Assembly (NCBI GenBank): GCA_016182555.1
Contig: JACPGJ010000008.1
Location: forward strand, 532,753 to 596,752
DNA from: Candidatus Kerfeldbacteria bacterium
Lineage (GTDB): Bacteria > Patescibacteriota > Patescibacteriia > UBA9570 > XYC2-FULL-38-9
Reading direction: 5' to 3'
DNA: 64,000 nucleotides
In this document: piece by piece, positions 51,834 through 61,475 of the stretch
Numbering within the stretch: the first letter of the stretch is position 1
How the letters are laid out: every line of letters begins with the position of its first letter
Program-made: the position numbers and the translations under genes
Notes under the pieces: model-generated
What the model saw: the letters and a program-made list of their open reading frames with translations, nothing else
The model's database searches: none
What the model was told of the DNA's origin: nothing

Positions 51834-53218
51834 GAACCGATTCTATCACAACCCTCCACAAACGTGAAGTTTTTTTTGATGATAAAACGGTCAATATATT
51901 GATACTGCGGAAGAGTGCCACGATCAACGCATACTGCGCTTCCAGGCTGGAATTGCTCTACGGCATGCACCGCATCACGCGTATTCGGCAAACGATCTGA
52001 CCCCAGAATATCATTCATATACTCCACATCGGCCTGCAAATTGATACCAAATGAAAACACGCCGAGGGCGATAAGCAACCCACCAACTATCGCTTCTTTT
52101 CTCGTGTTCCAATGCAGTCCACTTAAGGAACCAACGATCAACAGAATCGGCAGCGTCATAATGGGGAGAAGATAATGAATATAGAGCACATCCCAATAAT
52201 TGGCTGCCGCAAAAAAATAAACACCAATGATCAACAACCAATGCTGCAACAAACGGCGGTCACCCCGAAAGCGCAGCAAAAAAATAATCGCAATCGCTGA
52301 AAGAAAAATTGTAGCGAGTGCATTCATGGGAAGATGAAAAAAATAGGTGCTCTGGCCAAGATCAAAATAGGTGGCGACAGCTCGATCCAACCGCTGTAAT
52401 AACGTATGCGATTGCTCTCCTTTTGAAGAATGCAAAATCACCGCAAGAAATGCTTTCGTATTCGCTCCATGGCGGTGGAGCTCACCCACCCAGTACGGCA
52501 ACAGCGCGAATACAGCGCTGAACACACCAATCACCGGCAACCACCATTTTTTCGTTTTCCTTATATAGATGATACTGGAAATGGCGAAAACGACCGGCAT
52601 CATCAGCCACGTTGTGGAATGCAAGCTCACCAAAATCGCGCCAACCGCCCCCTGCCCAATCCATATCAGCACCTGTTTACGAGGAGACTCCGCCGTGTAT
52701 GCCCATTCCATCAACACCACCATGAGTAACAAAAAAAATGGCACCGGAATTGGGTTCCATTCGCGCGTAGTGAGGTAGATATATTGGAAGACCGTGCCCC
52801 ACCATAATCCAGCGGCACCAACAAGCACGAAACGCCAGTGCCGTGGCACGCCAAAAAACAAGCGATACAACACCCACATCAACGATGGAATAGATAACCA
52901 AGAACACAAAACATTCAGCAACACTTGCCAGATCGGATTCGCACCAAGCACGGTAAACGGAAAAACCAAATAATAATACAGCGGCGGTAGCGCAAACCCA
53001 CCAACAGACGAAGCAGGCCCGAGCGATGGCCATACCCCATGCCACATATCCATATAGATATACGCGTCACGGATTTGATCGCCTTTGAATTCTGTGTACC
53101 AGAACATGCCGACCAAGCGCCACACCGCACCACTCACCAAACTCAATGTTATCAAGAAATATCCAAAAAATCGGACAGACGATTCTTGTAGATGAAATTT
53201 TCGTGAAATAAAACGCAT
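51830..53218 (-). CDS. polytopic GT-C-type membrane glycosyltransferase (PMT/ArnT-like)
   Basis: About 12 TM helices; immediately downstream of a polyprenol-phosphate GT2 gene. Confidence 0.55.
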   Translation of the reverse strand: MRFISRKFHLQESSVRFFGYFLITLSLVSGAVWRLVGMFWYTEFKGDQIRDAYIYMDMWHGVWPSLGPASSVGGFALPPLYYYLVFPFTVLGANPIWQVLLNVLCSWLSIPSLMWVLYRLFFGVPRHWRFVLVGAAGLWWGTVFQYIYLTTREWNPIPVPFFLLLMVVLMEWAYTAESPRKQVLIWIGQGAVGAILVSLHSTTWLMMPVVFAISSIIYIRKTKKWWLPVIGVFSAVFALLPYWVGELHRHGANTKAFLAVILHSSKGEQSHTLLQRLDRAVATYFDLGQSTYFFHLPMNALATIFLSAIAIIFLLRFRGDRRLLQHWLLIIGVYFFAAANYWDVLYIHYLLPIMTLPILLIVGSLSGLHWNTRKEAIVGGLLIALGVFSFGINLQADVEYMNDILGSDRLPNTRDAVHAVEQFQPGSAVCVDRGTLPQYQYIDRFIIKKNFTFVEGCDRIGS

Positions 53219-53228
53219 ATCCGAATGA

Positions 53229-54029
53229 TTAAGACCGTTTTACTAATAACCGGTGAATAAAATCACTCAATGGGCGCAGAACTGGGTATAAAAAACGAAA
53301 TGGTGAATACAGTAACCATAAACGAGTAATTGATAAAAAGGTCAATATGCTCGTACGAATGGGATGCGTGATGGTAGAATCTGGGTGGTCTTCCCATTCA
53401 ATGGGCATTTCCAAAATACGACCACCAGCTCGTTTAATGTCCACCAAAAAATTAACATCAAAGGCCATGTTCGAAATGCTCAAATGCGGTAAAATTTTTG
53501 GAATCATGCTACGCCGGAGCACCTTGGCACCACACTGTGTATCTTTGATACCCAAACGAAAATAGAGTTGCACGAAAAAATGTCCAAACGCGCTCATCAA
53601 ACGACGCTTCCATTTTCGGCGGGTCGCTACGGCACCTTTCATCCAACGGGAACCGATGACACAATCCAACATGGGGTTCAGAGCCAGCGTGGTACATAAC
53701 CGATCCAAAATTTCCGGCCGCGTTGAACCATCGGCATCGGTGTATGCCACTAAATCTCCCGTTGCGGCTTTCAGCCCTTCAATAATTGCCCCACCTTTGC
53801 CAATCGCTTCTGAAAAATTCAGATATTGAACTGCTGAATATCTTTGCTGATACTCTTGAACTACACGCTCCGTGCCATCATGGCATCCATTCAATACAAC
53901 TAAAAGAGTGTATCGCCCAACGTAGCGTTGCTCATAATATTCCGCATACTTTTGCAACATCGCACCAATGCGCTGTTCCTCATTGTACGCCGGAATGATA
54001 ATCGTCAATGTATAAGTATGAGATGGCAT
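53229..54029 (-). CDS. GT2 polyprenol-phosphate glycosyltransferase (Dpm1/GtrB/ArnC-like)
   Basis: IIIPAYNEE...TDADGS motifs, 266 aa. Confidence 0.85.
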   Translation of the reverse strand: MPSHTYTLTIIIPAYNEEQRIGAMLQKYAEYYEQRYVGRYTLLVVLNGCHDGTERVVQEYQQRYSAVQYLNFSEAIGKGGAIIEGLKAATGDLVAYTDADGSTRPEILDRLCTTLALNPMLDCVIGSRWMKGAVATRRKWKRRLMSAFGHFFVQLYFRLGIKDTQCGAKVLRRSMIPKILPHLSISNMAFDVNFLVDIKRAGGRILEMPIEWEDHPDSTITHPIRTSILTFLSITRLWLLYSPFRFLYPVLRPLSDFIHRLLVKRS

Positions 54030-54119
54030 GCAAACAATGTTATGTCGAGGCCGCAGGGGCAGTGGCTGCCGAACGATTCAGCGATTAGCGGCTAGTGAGG
54101 AGCCACTGCCGCGAGAGGC

Positions 54120-56033
54120 CTATACCTCAACAACGACCGGAAGAATCATCGGCCGGCGTTGAATCTTCTCAAACAAGAATTGTCCTAACTCATCACGCAA
54201 TTTATTCTTCAAGTAGACGGGGTTTGGTTTTTCAGTGGTCATTTTCGGCGCCACAATTTCCACCACTTTCTTCCGTGCCTGTTCTACCAACGAGGTATTC
54301 CCTTTCATATAGATAAACCCACGGGAGATAATGTCTGGCGCACCAATCACACGACCATTTTGCCCATCAATCGTGACAATGACGACAAACATACCATCTT
54401 CCGCAAGCAATTGCCGATCTCGCAATACCACTTCAGAAACATCACCCACACCCAAACCATCCACCATCACATAATCGGATGGTAATTTTTCAGTCGTGAG
54501 ACGACCATGGCCACCCGCAAATTCCATAACTTGACCATTAGAGGTAATAAATATTTTATCATCTGGCCAATCTAATACACGGGCGACATTGGCGTTGTCG
54601 TGCAACAAATGGTGGTTGCCTTCAACCGGCACATAATATGTTGGCTTCACCATACGGAGCAACAATTTCAAATCTTCTTGTTGCGCATGGCCACCCGCAT
54701 GCACGTCCATCATTTGATAGTGCACGATTTTCGCCCCTTCACGCAATAACGTATCTTTTACATTTTGTACAGAACGTTCATTACCAGGAATAACTGAAGA
54801 AGAGAAAATGACCATGTCCCCTTTTTCAATTTTGAAGAATCGGTGTTCACCAGAGGCAATACGCATTAAGGAAGCATTGCCTTCTCCTTGCGCACCCGTG
54901 CCAATAATCAACACTTTGTGCGGTGGTAACTTCAATGCTTCTTGCGGCGTAATAATCGTTTTTGATTCTACCGTTAAATAGCCCAACTCTTTCGCAATCT
55001 CCACGTTAGTCTTCATCGAAAACCCTTCCAATACGACATAGCGTTCTAATTCTTGTGCACTCCATAACAGCTGCTGCACACGGTTCAAGTTCGAAGCAAA
55101 CGTGCCTACAATAATGCGGCCTTCAGCTTTCTCCATAATACCTTGAATCGTTTGGCCAATATATTTTTCCGATAATTGTTGACCGGGCTTACTAGCATTC
55201 GTTGAATCTGCCAGCAGCGCGAGCACACCTTCGTTACCGAGCCGTGTCAGTTTAGCAAAATCGGTCACCTGGTCACCAATGGGAGTAAGGTCAAATTTGA
55301 AATCACCCGTGTGTAAAATCATGCCTTCCGGAGTGCGCACGACAATGGCCAGCGAATCTGGCACACTATGGTTAATACGAACAAATTCCACAATGAATTC
55401 ACCCAGTTTTAATTGACCATCAATATCAACAGCGCGCAAATCTAACTTTGGTTTATCAGGAAAATCATCTTGCCGTTTCGCAATAATACCCAAGGTTAAC
55501 CGTGCTGAATAAATAGGCGGGTTGTGGAGTATAGGAGCAATATAGGGAATCGCACCAATATGATCCAAGTGAGCATGGGTGATAATAATCCCGCGCACAT
55601 TTTTTTCCTTGCCTTTCAGGTAAGAAACATTCGGAATAATATAATCGATTCCCGGCATCTCTTCTTCAGGAAATTGCAAACCACAGTCGATGATAATAAT
55701 ATCGTTGCCATATTCAAGCATGGTCATGTTTCGGCCGACTTCTTCAGCACCGCCAAGAACCGACACACGTAATTTATTGGCGCCATGGCGCGGTGCAAAT
55801 TTTGTTACAGGCGTTGGATACGCATGCCCTGGTTGCGCCGTGGCAGAAACTGGTGCAGAAACTGGCGCTTGTTTCCAATTTTTTGAAATGTTTTTTACGG
55901 ATTTACGTGCAGGACGTGCGGCGCCGTGAGAACGGGAGCGGAATCCTCGGCCTTGACCCTGTCCTGGCGTCTGGCCAGGTTTCGGAATAGCGGATCCCTG
56001 TTTTTGTGAGTACGGTTTGTTGTTTGGTGTCAT
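54120..56033 (-). CDS. rnj: ribonuclease J
   Basis: Metallo-beta-lactamase HAHLDHIG with beta-CASP; N-terminal about 80 aa R/G/P-rich extension. Confidence 0.9.
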   Translation of the reverse strand: MTPNNKPYSQKQGSAIPKPGQTPGQGQGRGFRSRSHGAARPARKSVKNISKNWKQAPVSAPVSATAQPGHAYPTPVTKFAPRHGANKLRVSVLGGAEEVGRNMTMLEYGNDIIIIDCGLQFPEEEMPGIDYIIPNVSYLKGKEKNVRGIIITHAHLDHIGAIPYIAPILHNPPIYSARLTLGIIAKRQDDFPDKPKLDLRAVDIDGQLKLGEFIVEFVRINHSVPDSLAIVVRTPEGMILHTGDFKFDLTPIGDQVTDFAKLTRLGNEGVLALLADSTNASKPGQQLSEKYIGQTIQGIMEKAEGRIIVGTFASNLNRVQQLLWSAQELERYVVLEGFSMKTNVEIAKELGYLTVESKTIITPQEALKLPPHKVLIIGTGAQGEGNASLMRIASGEHRFFKIEKGDMVIFSSSVIPGNERSVQNVKDTLLREGAKIVHYQMMDVHAGGHAQQEDLKLLLRMVKPTYYVPVEGNHHLLHDNANVARVLDWPDDKIFITSNGQVMEFAGGHGRLTTEKLPSDYVMVDGLGVGDVSEVVLRDRQLLAEDGMFVVIVTIDGQNGRVIGAPDIISRGFIYMKGNTSLVEQARKKVVEIVAPKMTTEKPNPVYLKNKLRDELGQFLFEKIQRRPMILPVVVEV

Positions 56034-56102
56034 ACAGAATAATTAGTGAGAATACTGATTCGTATTCATCGTGTTTAAGTTAAGTTAATGTCATAAGTTT
56101 CT

Positions 56103-56188
56103 TGGTGCCGGAGGAGAGACTCGAACTCTCATGTCTTGTGGACACAGCGTTCTGAACACTGCGTGTATACCAATTTCACCACTCCGGC
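56103..56188 (-). tRNA. tRNA-Leu (anticodon CAG), class II with long variable arm, CCA encoded
   Basis: Manual fold: acceptor GCCGGAG/CTCCGGC, D-loop with GG, anticodon stem CAGTG/CGCTG, loop TTCAGAA (U33, CAG, A37), long variable arm, T-arm AGTTCGAGTCTCT, 3' ACCA. Confidence 0.85.
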
Positions 56189-56219
56189 GTACAGGCACAC
56201 GAATGTGCCTTAAGGGAAA

Positions 56220-58070
56220 TTATTTTTTTCGTTGACGATTTGTTTTTACATACCAGTGAGCAATTTGAGAAAATCGATCGGACGGAATATTGATATATTG
56301 TTCGGCACTCAAGCCCTGCATTTTTTCATTCACCGCATACGTATACAGTGGATTGTAGAGAAAAATTGCTGGAATATCTGCCGCTAATTTATTTTGAAAA
56401 TCCACATATTTCGCTGCGCGTTCATCCGCACTCGTGGTCTTGCGTGCATCTTCAAGTAATTGGTTAATATCGCGGTCTAAGAAAATAGAGAGAGCCAACC
56501 CTGGGTGTTCTTGTTGCGATGAATGCCAGAATGGGTACGGGTCAGGGTCTGTACCAATAATTTGGCCAAACAACAATGCATCATAGCTACGTTTTTTAAT
56601 CACTTGTGTTTGCATCTCTTCTGGAGCAACGGTAGTCACATTCACCTTCACTCCAATCGCTTGCCAATTATTTTTCAGCATCGTCACTGTTTGCTGGTAT
56701 TCTGGCAGATCAACGGTAGACAACGTAAACTCTAACTTGGTTCCATCTTTCTCACGTGGAATAAAGTCTCCTTGCCCAGCCGCATTCGAGCTTTCGGCAT
56801 TTTCCGGATACACCCACCCACCATCTTGTAACAATTGCTTACTTTTTTCAAGATCAAACGCATATTTCTCTACATCTGCATTATAACCGCTATATCCAGG
56901 GAGGATGGGCGTATAGACCGGCGCACCTTCACCCCCCAGCACATCACGAATAATACTGTCACGGTCCGTTGCTGTCGCCAAGGCTGCTCTCACCGTATCG
57001 TTTTGCAACACCGCACTCTGTTTTTCATTAAAAAATACTGCCGTATACTGCGGAATACGCAAGGAATGAAATTGCAGATGCCCAATTTTCTTTTCGACTT
57101 CTGTGCGTGAACTCTGAGGCAAAAATGCTAACCCTTCAATATTTTTATTTTCTAGTGCGGTAGTTGCTGTCGCAATATCTGGGTAGAAAATAAAGTGCAA
57201 CTCATTGATATAGGGTTTCTTTCCATAATAATCATCATTACGAACGAGTTCAATCGATTTCACATTTCCGGCTTGATCTTTTGTCAACGATTGAAACTGA
57301 TATGGTCCCGCGCCAACTGGCTGTAAATTTAAAGCCGTCAACCGAATATTTTGTAATGGAATATTGTACCACACGTGTTCCGGTAAAATACCGAACGTCA
57401 ACGAAGATAAAAATGGAGCGTACGCTTGTTTTAATTTCAATGTGAAGGAATAATCGTCTACTTTTTCTGCAGCCACATCTTTCAGCGATGAGCGCAGTGG
57501 GCTTTTGGTGAGCGGGTCTTGAATGGCACTAATGGTAAAAAGCACATCATCTGCATCTAAACGCTCACCATCATTCCATTGTACATCTGAACGCAGGAAA
57601 AATGTGTAGGTGAGGCCATCATCAGACACGACGTAATTTGTAATGACATCAGATTCTAATTGCTGTTGATCGTTATAATGAAAGATGCTGGGAAATATCA
57701 AGCGCGCAAGATCCGCATCGACATCCGATAATGACGAAAGCAATGGGTTAATATATTGTGGTGCACCAACGAGTCCTTCCGTATAACTCCCTCCTGGAGT
57801 CGGCACCATTTCAGTAAAACGATAGTAAGCACGAATACTGAAGACAATAATACTCAACAGAAACAACGCCATCATCAACGAAAACAACAAACGCTCCATG
57901 CGTGTTGTCATACGAGGAAGATATCGTAATTGTGCCAAGTTTGGCAAACGTCGTGTTGCCGTAGCTTTATACACTAAAACCTCTTGCGTAGGCATTGGCG
58001 CGGGTTGCGCCGTTGCTATTGATTCAGCAGCCTGTTTTGGTCGTACAAAAAGACGAAAAAAATTTTTCAT
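56220..58070 (-). CDS. ABC-transporter family-5 solute-binding protein (peptide/nickel-type), membrane anchored
   Basis: N-terminal TM anchor and 616 aa SBP_bac_5-like architecture. Confidence 0.75.
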   Translation of the reverse strand: MKNFFRLFVRPKQAAESIATAQPAPMPTQEVLVYKATATRRLPNLAQLRYLPRMTTRMERLLFSLMMALFLLSIIVFSIRAYYRFTEMVPTPGGSYTEGLVGAPQYINPLLSSLSDVDADLARLIFPSIFHYNDQQQLESDVITNYVVSDDGLTYTFFLRSDVQWNDGERLDADDVLFTISAIQDPLTKSPLRSSLKDVAAEKVDDYSFTLKLKQAYAPFLSSLTFGILPEHVWYNIPLQNIRLTALNLQPVGAGPYQFQSLTKDQAGNVKSIELVRNDDYYGKKPYINELHFIFYPDIATATTALENKNIEGLAFLPQSSRTEVEKKIGHLQFHSLRIPQYTAVFFNEKQSAVLQNDTVRAALATATDRDSIIRDVLGGEGAPVYTPILPGYSGYNADVEKYAFDLEKSKQLLQDGGWVYPENAESSNAAGQGDFIPREKDGTKLEFTLSTVDLPEYQQTVTMLKNNWQAIGVKVNVTTVAPEEMQTQVIKKRSYDALLFGQIIGTDPDPYPFWHSSQQEHPGLALSIFLDRDINQLLEDARKTTSADERAAKYVDFQNKLAADIPAIFLYNPLYTYAVNEKMQGLSAEQYINIPSDRFSQIAHWYVKTNRQRKK

Positions 58071-58110
58071 TCGAAGTAATTAGATAAGAAAGAATACAAA
58101 CCTCATTCAA

Positions 58111-58329
58111 CTAGGTCAAAAACATGCGAGAGAGCGCTAAACCAATGAATATCGCGGAAAAAATAATGGATAGAATAAAAATACCTTTTTCTGCGCCACG
58201 TCGTGTCGATGCCACGGTATCACCACCACCAAATGCTGCCCCCAACCCATCACCTTTTTGCTGAAGTAATATACTCGCGATTAAGAGCGCGGCAACCACA
58301 ATTTGTGCAATATCGAGAAATAATTTCAT
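58111..58329 (-). CDS. secG: preprotein translocase subunit SecG
   Basis: 72 aa with two TM helices and the LLQQKGDGLGAAFGGG motif. Confidence 0.8.
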   Translation of the reverse strand: MKLFLDIAQIVVAALLIASILLQQKGDGLGAAFGGGDTVASTRRGAEKGIFILSIIFSAIFIGLALSRMFLT

Positions 58330-58518
58330 ATTGTCTTAAAACGGATCGTTTCATCACTCACACACACCCTATCACGATGCACACAGACTGTCAACTCTCT
58401 AGGGTTATTTAACAAGAGCCAATTACTTGACAGCTGTGCTCATTGACATTAGAATCCTGCCATCACAAATGCTGAAAAATGCAAAAGTGAAGATATATAC
58501 AATAGCTTATTTATTATT

Positions 58519-58600
58519 TAAGGAGGAAAAATGCTCTTTTTAGAACAAAAGTTACACCCAGCAAAAAACAGAGAATGATTTTTCTTTTTCTTGCTGGGTG
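58519..58600 (+). promoter_or_regulatory. leader sORF (15 codons) with a strong Shine-Dalgarno, followed by a 10-bp perfect inverted repeat, upstream of the FG-GAP gene
   Basis: AAGGAGG 5 nt before ATG 58531; sORF MLFLEQKLHPAKNRE; CACCCAGCAA (58555-58564) and TTGCTGGGTG (58591-58600) enclose the sORF stop. Confidence 0.35.
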
Positions 58601-58669
58601 CAATAATGTACCCAAATCAGGCGCATGCCTACTTCAGGATGCGTCGCTATGTCAGCAAAGGAGACTCCC

Positions 58670-59992
58670 ATGAAGGCTGTATTGACTTCGGTCATTTTCG
58701 GCACGTTGTTCAGTGTGAATATGCAGGACTGCTCTCCGCCGGATGAGGAGGAACCAACTCCCCTCGGGGGAGAGATCTCTATGACAGAGGCTGATGGCGT
58801 CTTTAGCCATGAGGATCACGCTATCCTTCCCCAAGAAGCCTGTTTTACAGATTTCGATGGAGGAGGTCGGCAAGACGTCTGGCTCATGGCCGGAGCCCAG
58901 TCGGGCAGTGATGTAGGTGGAGCCTATATGGTCGAATACGGCTTTCTCGATGAAAATGTCGCGCTGAGCACGGACGCGACGGTATCTATCACGCCCCACA
59001 CCGAGTCTATGACGCAATTGGCGTGCATCGGTGACGTCAACGGAGACGGCCGGGGGGACATCGCAGTCGGCATTCTAAACGAAGCCGCTGTGTATGTATT
59101 CTTCGGCAGGGACATCGAGTATGGTTCGCATACCACGATGACCACCGCAAATGCGGATGTGGCCATTGTGCAGGGCAATGGCACCTTCGGATACAACATC
59201 GCCCCTGCGGGGGACGTCACTAGCGATGGAATCGATGACTTCTTGGTTGGCGACTCCAATGCCGATATCGAAGATGAGTCTGCCAACGTGGGGGCGGTGT
59301 GGCTTATCGCGGGACGAGCCAGTTGGAGCCCCAACCCCGAACTGAGTTCGGTGGTATACACCTCGTATTGGGGAACCACCGAAGAGGAATACTTCGGAAT
59401 GTATCTCGAACCGGCTGTCGGTGATCTCAACGGGGACAGCGTGCACGACGTAGTGATGGGGTCGCCGCGGGCTAACGGCGCCGGCGCTGTCTACGTTGTA
59501 TTTGGCCCGGTTTCTCCGGGTTCGTATGATGCAGATGCAGCAGCTGGAGTAACCTTCTTCGGCACCGCCAACGAGGAAGTCCCCGGCTTTGATGCCAAAA
59601 TCGGTGACTTCGACTGTGACGGCAGCACCGATATGGCCATTGGCGCTGGTGACAACCAGTATGGGTCCAATGGGCATGTGAGTGTATTCACCAGCTGGTC
59701 TGCGGAGACCGACGCCCGAGACGCACAAACCAGCGTTCATATCGATAAATATCTATCTCTCGGAGACGTGAACGAGGATGGGTGTACCGACATGCTGGTG
59801 GTTGGCGAGCTCGAAGAGGGCTACCTGTTGTACGGACGCACTGATTTGACGGGCGTCCTCACCGAGGAGGACATGAGCGCGACCTTCCTCAACGGGGACC
59901 CCGATGAAGTGGTTCGGCTCGGCCGCGTCAATGCCGACGACGGCAGCGTCTTATGGGGTCTAAGCGACTCCGCGGTCTACTTCCAGCAGTAG
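58670..59992 (+). CDS. secreted FG-GAP (integrin-alpha-like beta-propeller) repeat protein, GC-rich
   Basis: Five or more GD(V/L/F)(N/T/D)xDGxxD(h)(h)(V/I/M)G repeats; signal peptide. Start set at MKAVL with an AAGGAG RBS; the ORF extends to 58625. Local GC about 58%. Confidence 0.8.
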   Translation: MKAVLTSVIFGTLFSVNMQDCSPPDEEEPTPLGGEISMTEADGVFSHEDHAILPQEACFTDFDGGGRQDVWLMAGAQSGSDVGGAYMVEYGFLDENVALSTDATVSITPHTESMTQLACIGDVNGDGRGDIAVGILNEAAVYVFFGRDIEYGSHTTMTTANADVAIVQGNGTFGYNIAPAGDVTSDGIDDFLVGDSNADIEDESANVGAVWLIAGRASWSPNPELSSVVYTSYWGTTEEEYFGMYLEPAVGDLNGDSVHDVVMGSPRANGAGAVYVVFGPVSPGSYDADAAAGVTFFGTANEEVPGFDAKIGDFDCDGSTDMAIGAGDNQYGSNGHVSVFTSWSAETDARDAQTSVHIDKYLSLGDVNEDGCTDMLVVGELEEGYLLYGRTDLTGVLTEEDMSATFLNGDPDEVVRLGRVNADDGSVLWGLSDSAVYFQQ

Positions 59993-60212
59993 ACGTCGAC
60001 CACGTCGTCATCCCGCCAAATTCGTTTACCTGCCAGAATCTCTTCCTACAACATGCCTGCCCGATCACATTTCTCGTACTTCCCACCCATCGATCGCGCA
60101 GGCTTCCTATTCATTCACTACAGTGTTGCTGTAAGGAGCGAATAGGAAAAAATAGATGCTTCAAGTGTATTGCTAATAGGGCATTTTTGCTATAAAATTC
60201 GGCTATAATCCT

Positions 60213-61475
60213 ATGTTTCAAAAAAATCGAATTATCTTTATCTTTGCGTTGTTCTTCTTTTTCTTCTTCACCGTAATCGACGAACGCTATCGACAACACC
60301 AGACTGGTTTTGGTAAAAATGATCTGGCAGTGTTTGTGGTTGCAGGGCAAAGTATCACGGGCTCGGTCAATATGGAACCCATCGAACTGTATACAAATCG
60401 AGCAAAAATAAAACGGGCCATTGCTGCGGTGCGTCCGGCAGCTGGTGGTACACATTTTCTCTACCTACCACAAAGCGCCCTGCTCTTCGTTCCATTTGTT
60501 CTATTGCACTTCAACGCTATGGCCGTGGTGTGGTTGGTGTGCAACAGCCTATTCGTGATGTTTGCCTATTATTTCAGTATTGCATACTTCGTGCGAGATC
60601 AGATTATGCGTATACGCTATTCGCTGCTGCTATGCATATTGGCATTTTCGGATACCGTACAGGGATTGATGCGCACAGGGCAAATCAACGGGTTCATCTG
60701 GCTGTTGCTCGTCGGCGGGTGCATTGTACTCCTACGAAAAAATAATGCGGTGAGTGGAGTGCTGTTTGGCATCGCTGCGACACTGAAAGTTTTCCCCCTC
60801 ATTTTCTTCCCTTATCTATTATTAAAACGTTATGGAAAATCATCGATCACAATGGTGCTGACCTGTCTAGCACTGCTACTGCTCAGCTTACCTTGGTTTG
60901 GGTTTCATGGAGTTTCCACATTTACTTATGATATTTTACCGAACCTGTTACGCGGTGACGTTGGTTATATTCGAGAAAGCACTTCTCTCTTCGGTTCATT
61001 CATGAAAAGCATACAACTTGGATACTGGGATTGGCTCGGAGTATCCCGAAAAACGATTATTGCTGTTGGAAAAAATATTCATCCTGTTCTGGTGGTAGGC
61101 GTACTCGTCCTTGTTTCCGCCGTACTGTATCGACGCAGAAAAATGAAAAATGCCACAACCCTATTGATGGATTATAGTCTACTCATCCTATTCGTATTAC
61201 TCTTTTCAAAAAGTATTCACTCGCAATATCAACTCTGGGTATTGCCGATTATTTTGTATCTTTTCCATTTTCCGCTGACGCGCAAAACCATTGGCGTGCA
61301 CCTCACCGCCCTGGTCACACTCGTGTTCACGCAATATAGCCAGCGCCTATTCACGGACAATGCTGTCTGGTGGTATATAAAACCGGCCACATTGGGTATG
61401 CTTATACTGTTCATTGTGGCGCTCTGGTATCCTCGTTGGCGGCTCCTGTCAGAGAACAAAGCTATTCAACGATAA
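60213..61475 (+). CDS. polytopic membrane protein, DUF2029/GT87-like glycosyltransferase
   Basis: About 11 TM helices; overall similarity to GT-C mannosyltransferase-like topology. Low-confidence family call. Confidence 0.5.
   Translation: MFQKNRIIFIFALFFFFFFTVIDERYRQHQTGFGKNDLAVFVVAGQSITGSVNMEPIELYTNRAKIKRAIAAVRPAAGGTHFLYLPQSALLFVPFVLLHFNAMAVVWLVCNSLFVMFAYYFSIAYFVRDQIMRIRYSLLLCILAFSDTVQGLMRTGQINGFIWLLLVGGCIVLLRKNNAVSGVLFGIAATLKVFPLIFFPYLLLKRYGKSSITMVLTCLALLLLSLPWFGFHGVSTFTYDILPNLLRGDVGYIRESTSLFGSFMKSIQLGYWDWLGVSRKTIIAVGKNIHPVLVVGVLVLVSAVLYRRRKMKNATTLLMDYSLLILFVLLFSKSIHSQYQLWVLPIILYLFHFPLTRKTIGVHLTALVTLVFTQYSQRLFTDNAVWWYIKPATLGMLILFIVALWYPRWRLLSENKAIQR

Noticed and set aside
56193-56212. Small hairpin AGGCACACGAATGTGCCT between the solute-binding-protein gene and tRNA-Leu, considered as a terminator.
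   Set aside because: There is no U-tract on the transcribed (minus) strand. More likely a processing or structural element; too weak to call.
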